Below are positions 51,961 to 64,000 of a DNA stretch of 64,000 nucleotides, in pieces. Source of the stretch: Lama glama (taxonomy: Eukaryota); assembly GCA_028534125.1 (NCBI GenBank), contig CM052817.1, positions 71,426,001-71,490,000 of the forward strand, read 5' to 3'. The notes beneath the pieces are model-generated. The model worked only from the letters and a program-made list of their open reading frames with translations. It ran no database searches and was not told where the DNA came from. Position numbers and translations under genes: made by a program. How positions within the stretch are numbered: position 1 is the stretch's first letter; each line of letters begins with the position of its first letter.

Positions 51961-53419
51961 TTTTTGAGCCAACACAATTCCTCAGTGGGTTATAGACAGA
52001 TGAACCATACCATTTACCATTCAAAATGAGCCATCTTCGAGAGTGAAGTGGGGAGCTATTAATAATTACACTGAGGCAATGGGTGTAAAACTCAGGCTAC
52101 CCAGAGCAAACCAGGATGTATCAAGTTCTACCTTGCTTTAAATGGTGGAGTTGCCATTTCTTATTTTTATTATTGCTCTTGATTTTTTCAGAAAGAGTCA
52201 AGTGTTTCAATTAGTATTACAACAAACAGCAGGAAAAGGTCCCCAAATTATCCTTCAGCTATGCATACACATACACACTGAATGCAGAGTCATTGTCAGA
52301 AAAGAGAAAACAAAATAGCATTTTAAATTCAAACTATAAATCTGCTATTACTGGGGAGTGTGTGAGGAACAACAGGGCAGAAGTTTGTGTTTTGATAAAA
52401 ACTTGCTTTATTTAGTGTATACTAGTCATTTTATAATGACTACAATTGCTAGCTTTTCTTTTGAAAAACTAAAAAAAGTTATTTGCTATCAACTTAAAAA
52501 ATTTGCTACCCATACTTATATCAAACACAGTTATCTTTTTTGTTTGACTTTCTTGTAGTGACATGAAATCATACAAAAGGAGTGGAAGCCTCCTTTGGAC
52601 CAACCTCTCTGATACTACCCTCCCTGCCTCTCCAGAAACAGAGAAAATCACTAGCCTGAACTTTTAAAACATTGCTTCTATGCTTTTACTACACACATCT
52701 AAGAAATAAAATGTAATGTTAATTTATGGGTCATTAAACTTTTCATTTGTGGTATCACATTTCCACAATTATTCATCAGCTTGTTTTTTCTATTACTCAG
52801 CATCCACTTTCTAGAGGTACTTGTTGCTTTGTTACTGTTGCCCTTTTGGTGCTACATCTTAAAATGTGAAATATATAAACTTATTGATAAAAGAGAAGCT
52901 TTTCTCCTATGATGTTTATGGTTTATACATCCATCTCCTTTATATCATTAACATCACTGGAATTACTATGTGTCCTGCTGTTCTCTGTGGATTAACAGGG
53001 ACCACTTCTGGCAACCATATAACAAAGTTCTAGATACAAGGTGCATGGGTATAAATTAAGTTCTGAAAGTTGTCATTTTCAATGTTTGATCATCTTACAG
53101 ATCAATGATGTACTTAACTCTTTCAATATGGGGTTTTAAAATGTCATATTTGTCTCATCTGAACAGTTTTAGATGTTTTTATTATATGGGTTTCTTTAAA
53201 AATAAGGCACTTGCCAGTAATCCTTCCAATATTAAATACTGATGCATATGTGTATAAAACCACAAGTAGCTATATTAAATATCATTCATCTGTTGCTCTG
53301 CAGTTAAACCTACTTTTTTTTTGAATGTGTTCTGTGCTATACATATACCCTTTGTTCATAAAAATCTTACAAAAAAAAGAAAAATTTTCAGTTAATCTTG
53401 AATCTATTTTACACTTAAG

Positions 53420-55200
53420 AGAACCACAAAACATTGAATAAGGAAATTAAAAGATGACTTAAAGAAATGGAAAGATGTCCTGTGTTCTTGGATTAGAAGA
53501 ATTAATGTTATGAAAATGGCCATACTACTCAAAGCAATCTACAGATTTATGTGATCCCTATCAAATTACCCAGGACAGTTTTCACAGAACTAGATAGAAC
53601 AAATAATCCTAAAATTTTTATGGAATCACAAAAGACCCAGAATTGCCAAAGCTTTACTGAAGAAAAAGAATGAAGCCGGAGGAATAACCCTCCCAGACTT
53701 CAGAGAGTACAGAGCTACAGTAATCAAAACAGCATGGTATTGGTCAAATGCAGACAGATGGATCAGTGAAACAGAATAGAGGCCCAGAAATAAACCCACC
53801 AACCTACAGTCAATTAATCTTTGACAAAGAAGGCAAGAACATAAAATGGAGTAAAGACAATCTCTTCAGCAAATGGTGTTGGGAGAACTTGTCAGCTGCA
53901 TGTAAATCAATGAAGTTAGAATACTCCCTCACACCATACAGAAAAATAAACTCAAAATGGCTTACAGACTTAAACATAAGACACAGGCAAAGCATTATCT
54001 AAGATAAATCTCAGCAATATTCTCCTAGGGCAGTCTACCCAGGCAATAGAAATAAAAGCAAAAATGAACAAATGGGGCCTAATTAGACTTACAAGCTTTT
54101 GCACAGCAAAGGAAACCATAAGCAAAACAAAGACAACCTATGGAATTTGGAGAAAATATTTGCAAAAGATGAAACTGACAAGGGCTTAATTTCCAGAATT
54201 TATAAACAACTCATACAACTTAATAAGAAAAAAACAAACAACCCAATCCAAAAATGGGCAGAAGTCCTAAACAAGCAATTCTCCAATAAAGACATACAAA
54301 TGGCCAACAGGCACATGAAAAAATGCTCAAATCACTGATTATCAGAGAAAAGCAAATCAAAACTACAGTGAGGTATCACCTCACACCAGTCAGAATGGCC
54401 ATCATTAAAAAGTCCACAAATGATAAATGCTGGAGATGGTGTGGAGAAAAGGGAGCCCTCCTACATTGTTTGTTGGAATGTAGTTTGGTGCAGTTGTGAT
54501 GAAAAAAAGTATGGAGATTCCTCAATAGACTAAAAATAGACTTTTTATATGATCCAGCAATCCCACTCCAGGGCATATATCCAGAGGGAACTCTAATTCT
54601 CAAAGATACCTGCACCCCAGTGTTCATAGCAGCACTATTTACAATAGCCAAGACATGGAAACAACCTAAATGTCCACTGACAGATGACTGGATAAAGAAA
54701 TTGTGGTATATTTACACAATAGAATACTACTCAGCCATAAAAAATGTCATTTGCAGCAACATGGATGGACCTGGAGATTATCATTCTAAGTGAACTAGGC
54801 CAGAAAGAGAAAAATATCATATGATATCACTTACATGTGGAATCTAAAAAAAAAAAAAAAGAAAAGATAAACAAACTTATTTACAAAACAGAAACAGACT
54901 CACAGATATAGAAAACAAACTTATGGTTACCGGGGGGAAAGGGAATGGAAAGGGATAAACTGGGAGTTTGAGATTTACAGATACTAATATATATAAAGTA
55001 GATGTAAAGAACAAGTTCATATTTTATAGCACAAGGAACTATATTCAATATCTTGTAGTAACTTATGGTGAAAAGTAATATGAAAATGAATATATGTATG
55101 TTCATGTATGACTGAAGCATTACGCTGTACACCAAAAACTGACACAACATTGTAAACTGACTATACTTCAATAAAAATATATATAAAAAAGAAAAAAAAT
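53420..55200 (+). mobile_element. Lineage-specific L1, 5'-truncated 1.8 kb
   Basis: ORF2 fragments ([35 protein letters not shown]...[10 protein letters not shown]), 3' UTR, aataaa and A-rich tail. Confidence 0.95.
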
Positions 55201-56919
55201 TTTATAATTAAACCAAGATGAAATTCAATGACAAAATAAAAATATGGCCAGGAAATAAAAATGGGTTTCAACAGGGAAAAGTGCTGGTTAGTAACAAGGT
55301 GAAAAGTCAAACTGCAAAGTAAGGCTGTCTGGCTTTGTACAAATAAAGCATAAAACAATTGAGGCCAGAGTGAGTCACCAGGAAATATGACTAAGCAAAT
55401 TTGAAGCAGGTGTGATCCTGGCATCTATAAATATGCAGCACAAAGTAATTATCTTATTCTAATGTGCATTGACTAGATACCCTACTTTGACCTGTTCTGG
55501 TCAGAAGGCTCCTTATGCTGCCAATGAGAAGAAAACTCTGCCAGACAGATAACTGGTAAAGGCTGCTTTAATCAGAAGCACACGCATTTGTACCCAATCT
55601 AGAGGGATTTGCAGTTATTAAATAAATACATAGAAAGTCCTTTATAAATCACCTGTACCAACCCAGGTGAGATATCATAGCAACATGATTTAATGACTCA
55701 GCACTTTCTGAGAAGAATGGATGGTAGACACCTTGAAGGGCTTGATGTTGTTTGTCAGGAAGAACAAACTCGTCTAAAAGATTTACTAAGTCAAATTACC
55801 AAAATTTTTCTCCATGTTTATCCTAAGGAAATATTTAAACATCTAGGGCAAAACACCACCTGGAATTACCTCATCAAATAAAGAAATGCTTTTCCTTGGG
55901 TTGGGTGGGATGTAGGTTAGAAGTAGGCTGTTGTGTCCCAGTCATATCTGTTCAGACCAACTGACTCTAGAAGCTGATGGCTTGAATCTAAAAGGGGAGG
56001 GCAGGGTTGCAGATAATGGGGCCAAACTGTCAAGCAAACCCCAGAGAAGTTATTCTCAAATGAAATAAATTCATGGAGGATCTGAGGAACAACTGACTTG
56101 ATTATATTCTATCTATTCCATCAAAACTTATGGCAGCTTTCAATAAACTACACTTTATTTGGCCTGTATGAAGACTGCTATCATATTCAGTCAACATCCA
56201 AATGTAAAGAGAAAGAAGGAAAACATTCTACAGGTAATTCTTGCCAGACTATACAACTACCCTCGCACCTCTTGCTGAAGTAGACCAGTAAGAAGAGAGG
56301 GATTTTCGTTTTGCTTAAAGAGCCTACCTATCCAATTTAATTTCCACCCCAATTTTCTTAGTTCACGGGTAAACACAGTTTGGGGCATCCGGAAATAAGT
56401 CACAGATGGGTGGGTCTCTGGCTACTGTAAAAGGCTAATAGGCAAGCTTGAAAAGTTGGGGAAGGACATTATTTCCAAGCAGTAAAATATACAAAAAAAT
56501 CTTTTCAGCAATTTTTCAAAAGAAAAATCTTACTATTCCTCACCCCTCCTCTCCTTCATTTCAAATTCCTCTAAAGTTTGGTTTGGTTCTCCTTCTCTTT
56601 CCTTCTTTTTCCAAATATGATATCATATCCCATTAGTGGTAAGGAACAAAGAGTGGAGCAGATAATTGTTCCTTAGGGTCCTACTGAATCACAGATCAAC
56701 TAATGTAAGAATGTCTCTTGAGCAAAGACTTCCCATACTTCTATATTAGACGCCATTTACTGGTGGATTTGAAAATTTGTGAATTACAGTGAGGTGAGAG
56801 CCAGTCAAAATATTCTATAAAAACATATCCTTGTAATAATGAAATTATATGACCAAAATAGGGGAATTTTTATTAATGCCCAGTAAAACATCTGTGAGAA
56901 GAGCTAATTTTTAAAAAAA

Positions 56920-57490
56920 TTGATGTTATTTATTTATTTTCATTGAGATACACTTGATTTGCAATGTGGTGGTAGTTTCTGGTATACAGCATAGTGATTC
57001 AGTTATACATATATATTCTTTTTCATATTCCTTTCCATTATAGGTTATTACAAGAATTCTTTAAGTACAGAGAAATCTCAGTAAGTTCTTCCTAATGTGG
57101 AGCCATGTTCAGTTAATACAACCACAAAATTCCATTATAATATTTTTCAAGTAATTGATTCGAACTTTATGCTCCACAGTAGCACCATGTTGTTAATCTA
57201 CTTTATATATAGTAGTTTGTATCTGCTAATCCCAAACTCCTAATTTATCTCTCCCCGCCCCCTCCTTTCCCCTTTGGTAACCATAAATTTGTTTTCTAAG
57301 CCTGTGAATCTGTTTGTTTTGTAAATAAGTTTACTTGTACTATTTTTCAGATTCCACATATAAGTGATATATGATTTGTGTTTGTGTGTCTTACTTCACT
57401 TAGTATGGTAATCTCTAGGTCCATCCACATTGTTGCCAATGGCATTATTTCATTCTTTTCCATGGCTAAGTAATATTCTACTGTTTGTGT
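56920..57490 (-). mobile_element. L1 3' end (artiodactyl type) with internal insertion
   Basis: tacagcatagtgattcagttatacat...ctttggtaaccataaatttgttttct...ggcattatttcattc. Confidence 0.88.
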
Positions 57491-57514
57491 GTATGAGCAC
57501 TACTCAGTGTATGT

Positions 57515-58380
57515 GAAAAGGATTCAGGAGACAACTTGAAGAAACTCCCACTGCCCAAACATGGGATAATTCAGTATCAAAAAGAATAATAGCAATAGAC
57601 TATAACACAGTCATTCCAAATTCACCTCAAAATCACTGACACATAAAAAAGTATACATCTATGAGTTCATAATGATTTTTTTAAAAACATTATCATCATA
57701 GGCTAAGTAATCATTTTTTTCTGAAACTGCTAAATACTACCAAAGAACCAAGCATTTATCCTGGCTTTGCTACAATAAATTCTTATTAAAAAGTCCTATC
57801 AAATGTTAAACTTAAATATAATAAAATTTCTAGATCTAACTACCAACTAACAAGGAATACAGAGGACAAAAGAATACAATCAGCAAAATCCAGTCTGAGA
57901 GAAACTCTAGGAAAATGATCTGGTTTCTTCAAAGGATGGGTTGGGAGTGGGAGGAGGGACACAGAGAGGAAGGAAGAAACTTCCAAGTTAAAAGAACTCA
58001 ACCAATGGAAATGTGTAGGATCTGTTTTGATCAAGATTCTTAAAAATAAATTATTAAAAAACCATCATTTATGAGACAACTGAGGAAACTGGAACTTTTC
58101 ATCATAAAGAATTAGTACTAATTTAGGTGAGATAATGACAACTTTTTAATAAGACTGTTTAACTTTTAGAAATGGTATCATTTAAGCAAAAGAAATGGTA
58201 TCATTTCATTCAAAAGTATTTGAGTTTGTATTAATTCCAAGTAATCTGGGGGCAAGGGAGAAGTTGGTAGGGATGTAGATGAAACAAGATTAATAGTGTT
58301 AATGATTAAGTAGGGTAACAGGTACATGGGGGTCCTTGTACTCTCTTCTCTGTTTATAAGTGCTAAGGTTTAAAAAAAGA
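57515..58380 (+). mobile_element. Ancient L1MC/MD-like 3' region
   Basis: ctcccactgcccaaacatgggataatt...aaaaagaataat...ggtacatgggggtccttgtactctt. Same family as 8675-12085. Confidence 0.65.
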
Positions 58381-59726
58381 GGAAAAAGGCTCAGAAAATG
58401 TTGAAAACTCTGTAAAATGCCGAAAGGCATCATTAGAAGAAGGTAATTTCCCCCCCAAATATCAAAATACTTCAGGTGATGCATACTCTGTGAACCTTCG
58501 ATGTAAGTAAAAATGAAAATGCTGCTTTGTGGTAGAGAATTATGACCTGATACTTAGTGACATGGAAGGAGTCTTTACAGTGACAGATCCAAATCATGAG
58601 AACCTCAAATGTAGTGCCTTACAAAATGCACCAAAATAAAGAGCACATTCAGTCGCAGCAAGCAGATGAGTGTTTCAGACGCAGGAGCCAGTGTAATGGG
58701 AATGTACAGATCATCAGAGTTTGTGAAAACCTCATCTTTAACACACCTTAAGTGACTAATGAGGCTTTTCATAGGACCATCTATTTCTCCTTAGTGGCAG
58801 AATTACTATGCAACATGAAAAAATAAAAAGAAATACTCCTAAACATTGAAACGAGGGGTTTTTTATTCCGTAGGATATCTACATCTGCTCCCCTACCCCC
58901 GTGCCAAGCCTAGCTACCAACTTCTGGTTCTGACAAGCAAAACACAAACAGAACAGGTGCCTTTGTCAGCACTGCAGGCAAATTCTGGCACCTGTGTGGA
59001 CACCAGCTGTGTGCTCATTAGTCTTGTGATTGTCAAATCCCCTAATGTTACAAAACTAGAAATGCTCCTTCCAGCTTCCAGGAGTGTGCCTGGATGTTGG
59101 CTGGTAGATGTCCCTGGAGAGATTAGTCCTGGTCCTGACAGCTGCCATAATGAGTTTTACCAGGGGCAAAGTAAAGACTGGCTGCACGAGCACAGGTCTG
59201 AGAGTGAGGCCGGGCAACGCAGGAGGAGGATGCTTCGGGGCATGCAGAACAAAAGCGTTCTCTGGACTAGTAATACTGACACAGACAGGTATCCAGTGTC
59301 TGGTCATATGCCCACATGCCATTTTTGATTAGGTCCTAGTCAGTAAAAGCACACCCATCACATTGGAACCCTACTCTTCCATGGACTTCTACAGTTTACT
59401 GCTATGGCTTTCCATTAAGCCCTCCATCTATATTTATACAACAGAAATAATGGAATTGATGCACTGCTTCTAGTCCTAAGGCATAAACTGAATTACTGCA
59501 TCAACAGTTCAGAGAAGAAAGGAGATGGCCTGTGAGCTCTCAAAATAAAGAGTCTGAGTGTAGTGTGGTAAGTTTGGATGCAATGAAGGTCTTCTCTCTG
59601 GGCATGACTTTATGTCCTTAATAATCAAAAATATGAGATGTAAGATAAAAAGTTCAGTGGTTGCTTCTTTCAGCTGAGTCTGATGAAACGGATGGATTTT
59701 ATTTGGAAATGGAAAAACAAACCTAC

Positions 59727-59858
59727 CTGAAGACTGCAAGGGTCAGAGACCACAGCACTAATGGTTTCCTCAGTTCAAACTTTGCCCGTTTGTTCATTAG
59801 GTGCCGACCACCAAAGATAAAGGCAGCATACAGAGCGGAAAACAGGAAAGATTTCTTC
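59727..59858 (-). CDS. ELOVL6: ELOVL6 internal coding exon (second coding exon, 132 bp)
   Basis: Manual minus-strand translation gives (W)[43 protein letters not shown](S), which is ELOVL6. Acceptor ...gtttgttcacag|, donor TTCAG|gtaggt. Missed by the ORF track. Confidence 0.97.
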
Positions 59859-60399
59859 CTGTGAACAAACAGAAGACCAAAATCTTATGAGATCAATCTC
59901 TTTAAGGAATTTATTTTTATTCAGTAGAAACTTATATTTACTCATTATTCATCAACTTGTGTACCACTCTCCTCTTTGTAAGCACTGAAGACATTCTTGG
60001 GAATGTGCCTCAATCACTGAAGAGAGAATGCTCAGGCCATTTGACAATATGGCACCTGTCAAACCCTCCCTTGACAAATTAGATCACCTAGATTTACCAA
60101 GACACATCAGGATAGGCGTGTTTTACTTTTTGAACTCTATAACTCTAAACATTTCAACAACATAGCACTGAGGTCCCAAAAGAAAACGTTTCACTGAGGG
60201 AATTCATTTCAGTTTTCTGAGTTTGTTGGACAACTTAGATGAATGTTTAAAAAGAATTCTTTTTATTGGACACAAAATAGTTGGTGACAGAGTTGTGTCT
60301 TGGGGCAAGAAAGCCTTTTCTTAAAAGGCTTTCTTTATCCTAACAGGCTAATGATACTAAAAAATGATTTTAGAGGACTATTTGATGATTTAAAACACT

Positions 60400-60860
60400 A
60401 AAACCAAGCTACTTGATTTATGACTGCCCCAAGATGGATTCCTGACATCTCCAAAGAAGGCAGGTATTAAATGTTAGTATTATCATTAATAACAGGCATA
60501 ATTGTCAGATATCATACAATGTAACAGGAAGAACACAGAACCACCTACAGTACATGCCAAAACCCTTGAGCTTGAATCTATCAAATAAGTGATTTTACTA
60601 CCTGCTTATAGGAAATACAGGGGATAAAGCCAAACTGTGGGACATTCTGTAGGGCGGCTGAATTTATTTCTTCAAAACATCAGTGGTAAGAAATAAAAAT
60701 CTGTTTTAGATTAAAAGTGACTTGAGAGACATATCAAATATACTGTGTAAAACTTTTTTGGATCCTTATTTGAACAAATGAATTGTAAAAAAAAAAACCC
60801 AAAAAACCAACCAAACATCTTTAATGAAATCAGAAGGTTGAAACCTGATGAGCATTATTG
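60400..60860 (+). mobile_element. Ancient L1 3' fragment
   Basis: ccaaactgtgggacattct...ttagattaaaagtgacttgagagacatatcaa. Confidence 0.55.
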
Positions 60861-61554
60861 TAAAAGGCTTCCTATTTTTTTCCCTGACAGCTGACATGTA
60901 TTGCTGACTCACGACAGATCTTATTCACACAAGCAACACTCCTTCGCTCAGTGCGAGTGACCTATTTGACAAACACTGCCAAATAAAGCAGCGATTCTGA
61001 AATCAACTGGTAAGTCAGGGCCAAGTAAATCACTTCCAATGAGTTTTGCAGGCTCTTTTCTTGGAAACACAAGACCTGGCTGGCACACAGTAGTAAGTGC
61101 TTAATAAATATTTGTCGAATGATCATGATCTGATATCAGATTTTCCAATGCATGTGGGGGCTCAGCAAACACTCTGAATGAACAGTTGAACCTTCCCAGT
61201 ACTGTCTTAATAACTGAAGAATAAACTTTTCAGACAAAACATACGATTCATTTTCTTCCTCCAGAAAGAAAGACTATTCCTATATTTCAAGAAGTGGCAA
61301 AGTGAGACAATTTATTATACCTATAGAACATTTCAAGAAGAAAGTACTTTTAGCCATAAATATATTTATTGCTTTACTTCTTTGAATTCTGCACATGTAT
61401 GGCACAAAATTAAGAGTCAGAATCACTATCTGTATTTACATGCATATAAGCAAGGACTCCCTGAAGAAAAACAAGTCTATGAAGTTAATGCGGACGACAG
61501 TAACATGAAATAGTATACGTCCTTTTCTGAATTACAAAGGTAACAGTAAGTGAC

Positions 61555-61720
61555 AATAATCATAGTGTTATGATTTAAGGAATGATTTCTATGCACAGAC
61601 ATAGTGCTAAAAAGCTTTATCATTTAATCCTCCTAATCAGCCTTAACGTAAATAAAACATTATCTTCATGTTCTGGGTAAGGAATCTGGCTTAGAGGTTA
61701 AGTAGCCTCAGCTCTCTCTG
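61555..61720 (-). mobile_element. MIR SINE, degenerate
   Basis: tcatttaatcctcctaa...ggcttagaggttaagtag. Confidence 0.6.
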
Positions 61721-64000
61721 CTCTCCTGTGGTAAACTTTTGGAGGAAAGAAGGGTGTAGCTGGTATGTTCTCTTCTAAGCATGTAAGCATGCCTTAAGCC
61801 CTCCTACTGAATTGCAAGGCCATTGTGCAGCACATTATTTAACTCTGAGAAGATAAAAAGGAATCACTACAGCAGTCTGTCATACTTTCTGGGCGTGGAA
61901 CACTTAGATCCAAACCTTCTTCATCTCCTGGAGAACAAGTTCATTATATGTACTACTGAAAACTTTCCCTTACAATTATTTATCATTCTCTTACTCATTC
62001 AATCCAGTTCTGACTTTAGTGATAGATTACATTGCTTGTAATTATGAATGTCTATATGATCCTCTCATTCTAGCCTAAGGGAAAAATAATGTCTCCTGAA
62101 GAACCAAAATAAATAAATAAATTAAAAAAAAAATCTTCCCTCTATTTCTTTAGTTCTGGAATGAGAATTCATCCTCATGGACTGCTAGCTTCCTGGCAAG
62201 GACGATTCTCTTTTTCACATGTTTTCTAAAGATCCCATCTTCAGTTCCACAGCTAGGGCAACAAAGTCAATCAATATAAACACGTAGAATTTGAGAATCC
62301 CGAGGGACCAATCTCCTTGTTCTACAGAGAGGAAAAGGAGTGGGGGTGTGTGTGTGGGTTTGTGCGAGTGCGCTGATGACAGTGGTCGCTCACGGTCACA
62401 CAGCTGCATGCTGCATGTTGGTCAAAACCAGCAAAAATTGCAATGGCTCGAGCAGGTGGGTAAACATAAATCAATTGTCTAGGTTACATCTGACAGGCAG
62501 TCAATAAAGGGAACTGATATTTAAGTATAAGTGCTGTAAAATAAGTTGATTATAGCCTATATAAATCTTTCACTGCAGTGAAATTTAAACAATGCTTTGG
62601 GTTAATTTAGAACCACACTTAGGCTTCTCCTAAAAGAGGGAGTCATCTAACAAGGCATTAACTCTTAACTCTTCAATTGAGCAACCAAAATTTTTCTTTT
62701 ATAGTTGAATGTTACAATTTTTCCATGTTGCTCAGAAGATAAATTTTTCTTTAGCAAAGTGGGCAATTTAAGTGGATTGAAACTGTCTTTCCATTCTGGT
62801 ATCTCTTTGGTAAAGGTTCAGTTACAGTCAAGATGAATAGTGACTTGCTGCTGGTCCACCTACTGTTCAGGGTGGACAGATGACTTCCCTAAAGCTTCAA
62901 AGGAATCCAACAATACTTCACATTCTGGCAGGCCTCCATGGCTGGGTATAATGGTAACCCATTGTTTATCACCAGATAATTTTTAGATGGTATTGACTCT
63001 TCCTATTTAATTAGCCTTAAGTGCACACCTTATAGCATAACCTTTAACTGTAGGTGCTTAATAAATACTTTTCAGGATGGTGATTCCATAGCTATGTCTA
63101 TAAATTACCCAACCAATGATCATTCCCAACCAAATGAGATACTGACGTGCTTTGAGCTTGTCATGCTTGCATTTACCCTTTCCCCCACCTTTCATTTGTC
63201 AATGTAAAAAATGAAAATTAGTCCATAATTAATAAAAAATAATGGTCTTATTCTTTATCCTTGGAAAACTGCATTTCTTTATCATGCTGTCTTATTCCAC
63301 AATGTTCCTAGATTTTTTTTTCCATTCTGACCCAAACAGCTGCCTATGATTTGTATTTATTGTTCCAATAACACTTTTCAAAGAGTGTGTATATATTCAA
63401 ATGGGTTTTTTTTTTCCCCTGGGATTCTATTGAAACCAATACTTAGTAGCTGTAAACTTTTTAACACATCGAATCTCTGCCAAATGACTTGTACTCCTTT
63501 GGGAGTCAAGTTTACTTGTGAATGGCAAAACTTTCATATGGGTAGCATTTCAACATAGGATAATTGCTAATGAACACCCCGGGGAGATGGCCTGAGCTCT
63601 TTTATGTCAGTAACCTTGTTTTCATGGTGACTGTACATGTGTGAGGCATGAGGAGTTGTGAAAGGGAAATAAGCTGTGAGAGAGAAAAGGAAAGAAAAGA
63701 AAAGGAGACCTAAAAGCATCTCTCTCTTTGGCTGGCCTGCCTGGTGCATGGAAAGTTTTCACATTCTAAGTCGTAGAGTGAGAAATTGAGAAAGAATCCT
63801 AATCAGTGAGGCTGCAATTCTTAAGATTTCTCCTTTAGTTCAGTTGCTGATTCAAGTCAGCAAATAAGTCAACGGTCTGAAAGTAATTTTAGGCCACATA
63901 TGAATTGGAGACTGTGAGAAATTAATACACACAAACCTCAATTAAGTGAGTCTGGAGACTAGAGGGGGCGCTCTCCTGCCCTGTGACCGTGGCAGAGCTT

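Noticed and set aside
58168..58206. Short direct repeats (agaaatggtatcattt x2; also near 12205, 16389, 21407, 31731, 50335)
   Set aside because: Ordinary slippage micro-duplications; no spacer array or CRISPR-like structure.
58846..59328. 160-aa plus-strand ORF near an ELOVL6 exon
   Set aside because: Non-ATG start, no domain or splice support; expected by chance.

Overview
Mammalian genomic DNA, probably camelid, judged from two Vic-1-like tRNA-derived SINEs and artiodactyl-type L1 3' ends. The window holds the 3' part of ELOVL6 (fatty acid elongase 6) on the minus strand. Three spliced coding exons (59727-59858, 28989-29140, 22431-22855) have GT-AG junctions and matching phases. A ~5 kb 3' UTR carries several poly(A) signals. 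The first coding exon lies beyond the right edge. The left ~17 kb is intergenic. The rest is intronic or intergenic DNA with L1 (including nested insertions), L2, MIR, LTR remnants, microsatellites and two N gaps. Nearly all listed ORFs are spurious or L1 ORF2 fragments. I found no convincing novel multi-gene system. The best leads are: a CTCF motif upstream of alternative poly(A) sites, a perfect 111-bp tandem duplication, an 83-bp Z-DNA/hairpin microsatellite, a candidate unannotated plus-strand exon, an LTR remnant bounded by a 15-bp inverted repeat, a Helitron-like remnant, and ELOVL6 substitutions. Repeat boundaries are approximate and family names come from recall, not a database search.
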